A stretch of 64,000 nucleotides of DNA from Rhizobium sp. (lineage in GTDB: Bacteria > Pseudomonadota > Alphaproteobacteria > Rhizobiales > Rhizobiaceae), in contig JAHHDR010000025.1 of the NCBI GenBank assembly GCA_019739215.1, forward strand, positions 8,959 to 72,958, given 5' to 3'. The translations under genes and the position numbers were made by a program. The notes beneath the pieces are model-generated. The model had not been told where the DNA came from. It did not search any database and saw only the letters and a program-made list of their open reading frames with translations. This document shows positions 62,309-64,000 of the stretch, in pieces (the stretch's first letter is position 1; each line of letters opens with the position of its first letter).

Positions 62309-63043
62309 GTGCGCGGGGGACCTTTGGAAACCGAGATTTCGGGCAGGAAGACCAGGACAAGCCATGCGCAGGTCGTGGATGAGTTGGGGCGCGAGATCAT
62401 TTCTGGTCATTACCCCGTGGGAACAACCCTGCCTGGCGACCTGGAACTGGCGCAGCGTTTCAAGGTATCGCGCACCGTGCTTCGAGAGGCGATGAAGACC
62501 CTGGCTGCCAAGGGGCTGATCGTCCCGCGCGCCCGCATCGGCACCAAAGTGACGCCGCCGAACCAATGGAACCTGTTCGACAGCGACGTGCTGACGTGGC
62601 ATTTCCACAAAGGGGTCGATAGCGCCTTCCTCCAGCACCTGACCGAGATCCGGATGGCCTTCGAGCCCTTCGCGGCCGGACTTGCGGCCGACAACGCCGA
62701 CGAGAAGGACATTGCCGAGCTTTACCGGCTTGCGGACGACATGGGCGACCTGTCGCATACCCCGGGAACGCTTGCTGTGTCCGACCTCAAGTTCCACCTC
62801 GCGATCGCCGAGGCGTCCCGCAATCCGTTCATGCGCACCGTCGGGAGCCTGATCGAGGCGGCGCTCGTGGGCATATTCAGGTTGAGTTCCCCGGCCAGCG
62901 GAGAGAATCGCACCGCCGAGGTCTCCGCGTCACACCGCCTTATCGTCGACGCCATCGCCCGACGCGATCGGGAATCTGCGGCCCTGGCCATGCAGAATGT
63001 CATCATGGCGGGTCGAGACAGGGTGACAAAGGTGATAAACTGA
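62309..63043 (+). CDS. GntR family, FadR subfamily transcriptional regulator
   Basis: wHTH (LAQRFKVSRTVLREA...GTKV) and FCD domain (DLKFHLAIAEASRN). Confidence 0.92.
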   Translation: MRGGPLETEISGRKTRTSHAQVVDELGREIISGHYPVGTTLPGDLELAQRFKVSRTVLREAMKTLAAKGLIVPRARIGTKVTPPNQWNLFDSDVLTWHFHKGVDSAFLQHLTEIRMAFEPFAAGLAADNADEKDIAELYRLADDMGDLSHTPGTLAVSDLKFHLAIAEASRNPFMRTVGSLIEAALVGIFRLSSPASGENRTAEVSASHRLIVDAIARRDRESAALAMQNVIMAGRDRVTKVIN

Positions 63044-63130
63044 GGTGCGTTCCGCCATTTTCGGTTTGAGCCTTGAAGTATGCCGGCCGGCTCTTTAGTT
63101 TACCGGTCAACATCAATTGGCATCCTTTCC

Positions 63131-64000
63131 GTGATCGAAATTCTAGTCATTCTGTTTCTCCTGGTATTGAACGCGTTCTTTGCCATGTCGGAGCTCGCCG
63201 TCGTTTCCGCAAGTCGGCCCCTGCTGCGGCAAAAGGCGAGGCAAGGCAACACGCGCGCCGCATCGGCGCTGGCCCTCGCCGAAAACCCCGGAACTTTCTT
63301 GTCCACGGTCCAGGTCGGCATCACGCTTGTGGGCATTCTCGCGGGCCTCTACGGCGGCGCGTCCATTACCGAGAAGCTGGCTCCTGTGCTGGACTCCTAC
63401 CCGCTGATAGAGCCGTATGGCCACGTGCTTGCCGGCGCGCTGGTCGTGGCCGGGATCACCTATCTCTCTGTCATCATCGGCGAGTTGATCCCGAAACAGT
63501 TCGCACTCAGGCATGCCGAGTCCGTCGCCATGTTCGTGGCACCGCCAATGGCGATCCTGTCCATGATTGCCTCTCCTGTCGTCTATCTGTTCGATGTCTC
63601 CGCGCGAATTCTTCTGCGTCTTTTGGGGATGTCGGCACGAGATGGCGAGGAAGTCACCGAGGCCGAGGTTCAGGCGGTGCTGGCGGAAGGTGCCGAAAGC
63701 GGTGTGTTCGAGAAGTCCGAGCACGAGATGCTGCGCCGGATCATGTCACTTGCCGACCGCTCGGTGAAATCGATCATGACCCACCGTACGGAGATCGTGT
63801 CGATCGACATCAACGACACCTATGATGAAGTGATCGCGAAGATCCAGGCGGCGAGCCATTCGCGCTATCCTGTGGTGGATGGCGATAGCGACACCGTCGT
63901 CGGTGCGATCCGGGCCAAGAACATCCTGCAGGCAACGTTCAACGCCAAGACATTCCGGCTCAAGGACTATGTCGAGGAACTGCCGAGCGTCCCGGAGATG
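63131..64000 (+). CDS. HlyC/CorC (CNNM + CBS) hemolysin-family membrane protein, 3' partial
   Basis: Manual translation from the GTG at 63131: NAFFAMSELAVVS, FLSTVQVGITL, GELIPKQ, IMTHR, HSRYPV. No stop before the window end, so it is absent from the ORF track. Confidence 0.9.
   Translation, partial: MIEILVILFLLVLNAFFAMSELAVVSASRPLLRQKARQGNTRAASALALAENPGTFLSTVQVGITLVGILAGLYGGASITEKLAPVLDSYPLIEPYGHVLAGALVVAGITYLSVIIGELIPKQFALRHAESVAMFVAPPMAILSMIASPVVYLFDVSARILLRLLGMSARDGEEVTEAEVQAVLAEGAESGVFEKSEHEMLRRIMSLADRSVKSIMTHRTEIVSIDINDTYDEVIAKIQAASHSRYPVVDGDSDTVVGAIRAKNILQATFNAKTFRLKDYVEELPSVPEM

Noticed and set aside
63073-63825. 250-aa ORF at the right end
   Set aside because: Wrong frame; the real gene is the HlyC/CorC CDS from 63131 that runs off the window.
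1-64000. CRISPR array, rRNA, retron/reverse transcriptase or a recognisable named defence system
   Set aside because: I saw no regularly spaced repeats, rRNA-like sequence, RT motifs or known defence domains; a weak or novel signal could have been missed by eye.

Overview
High-GC alphaproteobacterial chromosome; gene content and order point to Rhizobiales/Rhizobiaceae. The window has two parts. (1) 1-10215 is the right end of a mosaic, degraded prophage/genomic island that abuts the 3' end of a tRNA-Lys(UUU) at 10216-10291 (- strand). It carries two RTX-type Ca-binding proteins and a highly reduced phage morphogenesis block: candidate cos, Nu1-like terminase small subunit, tail assembly chaperone and an internally deleted tape-measure gene. 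The chaperone contains a 14-aa copy of a tape-measure motif. The island also holds a candidate sigma-EcfG-driven small RNA, a PAS-HWE histidine kinase split by a complete IS3-family element (5663-6883, 3-bp CAT duplication), a DUF6894-like gene, a SRAP gene and a truncated DUF3102-like gene. (2) 10.3-64 kb is core genome: ccdA, AEC transporter, UbiH/F hydroxylase, rhomboid, CBS, patatin, hisI, folE, yidD, cfa, GH114-like hydrolase, thrS, eipB, rpsB-tsf-pyrH-frr-uppS-cdsA-rseP-bamA-lpxD-fabZ-lpxA-lpxI-lpxB, gltA, comEC, a TetR gene where lexA is usually found, moeA-moaC-trpC-trpD, ppiD, a YtfQRT-YjfF sugar ABC transporter with a GntR/FadR regulator, and a partial HlyC/CorC gene. Four single-base insertions in uppS, lpxI and gltA (two) are most likely sequencing errors. 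All family assignments come from motif recognition by eye, not database searches.
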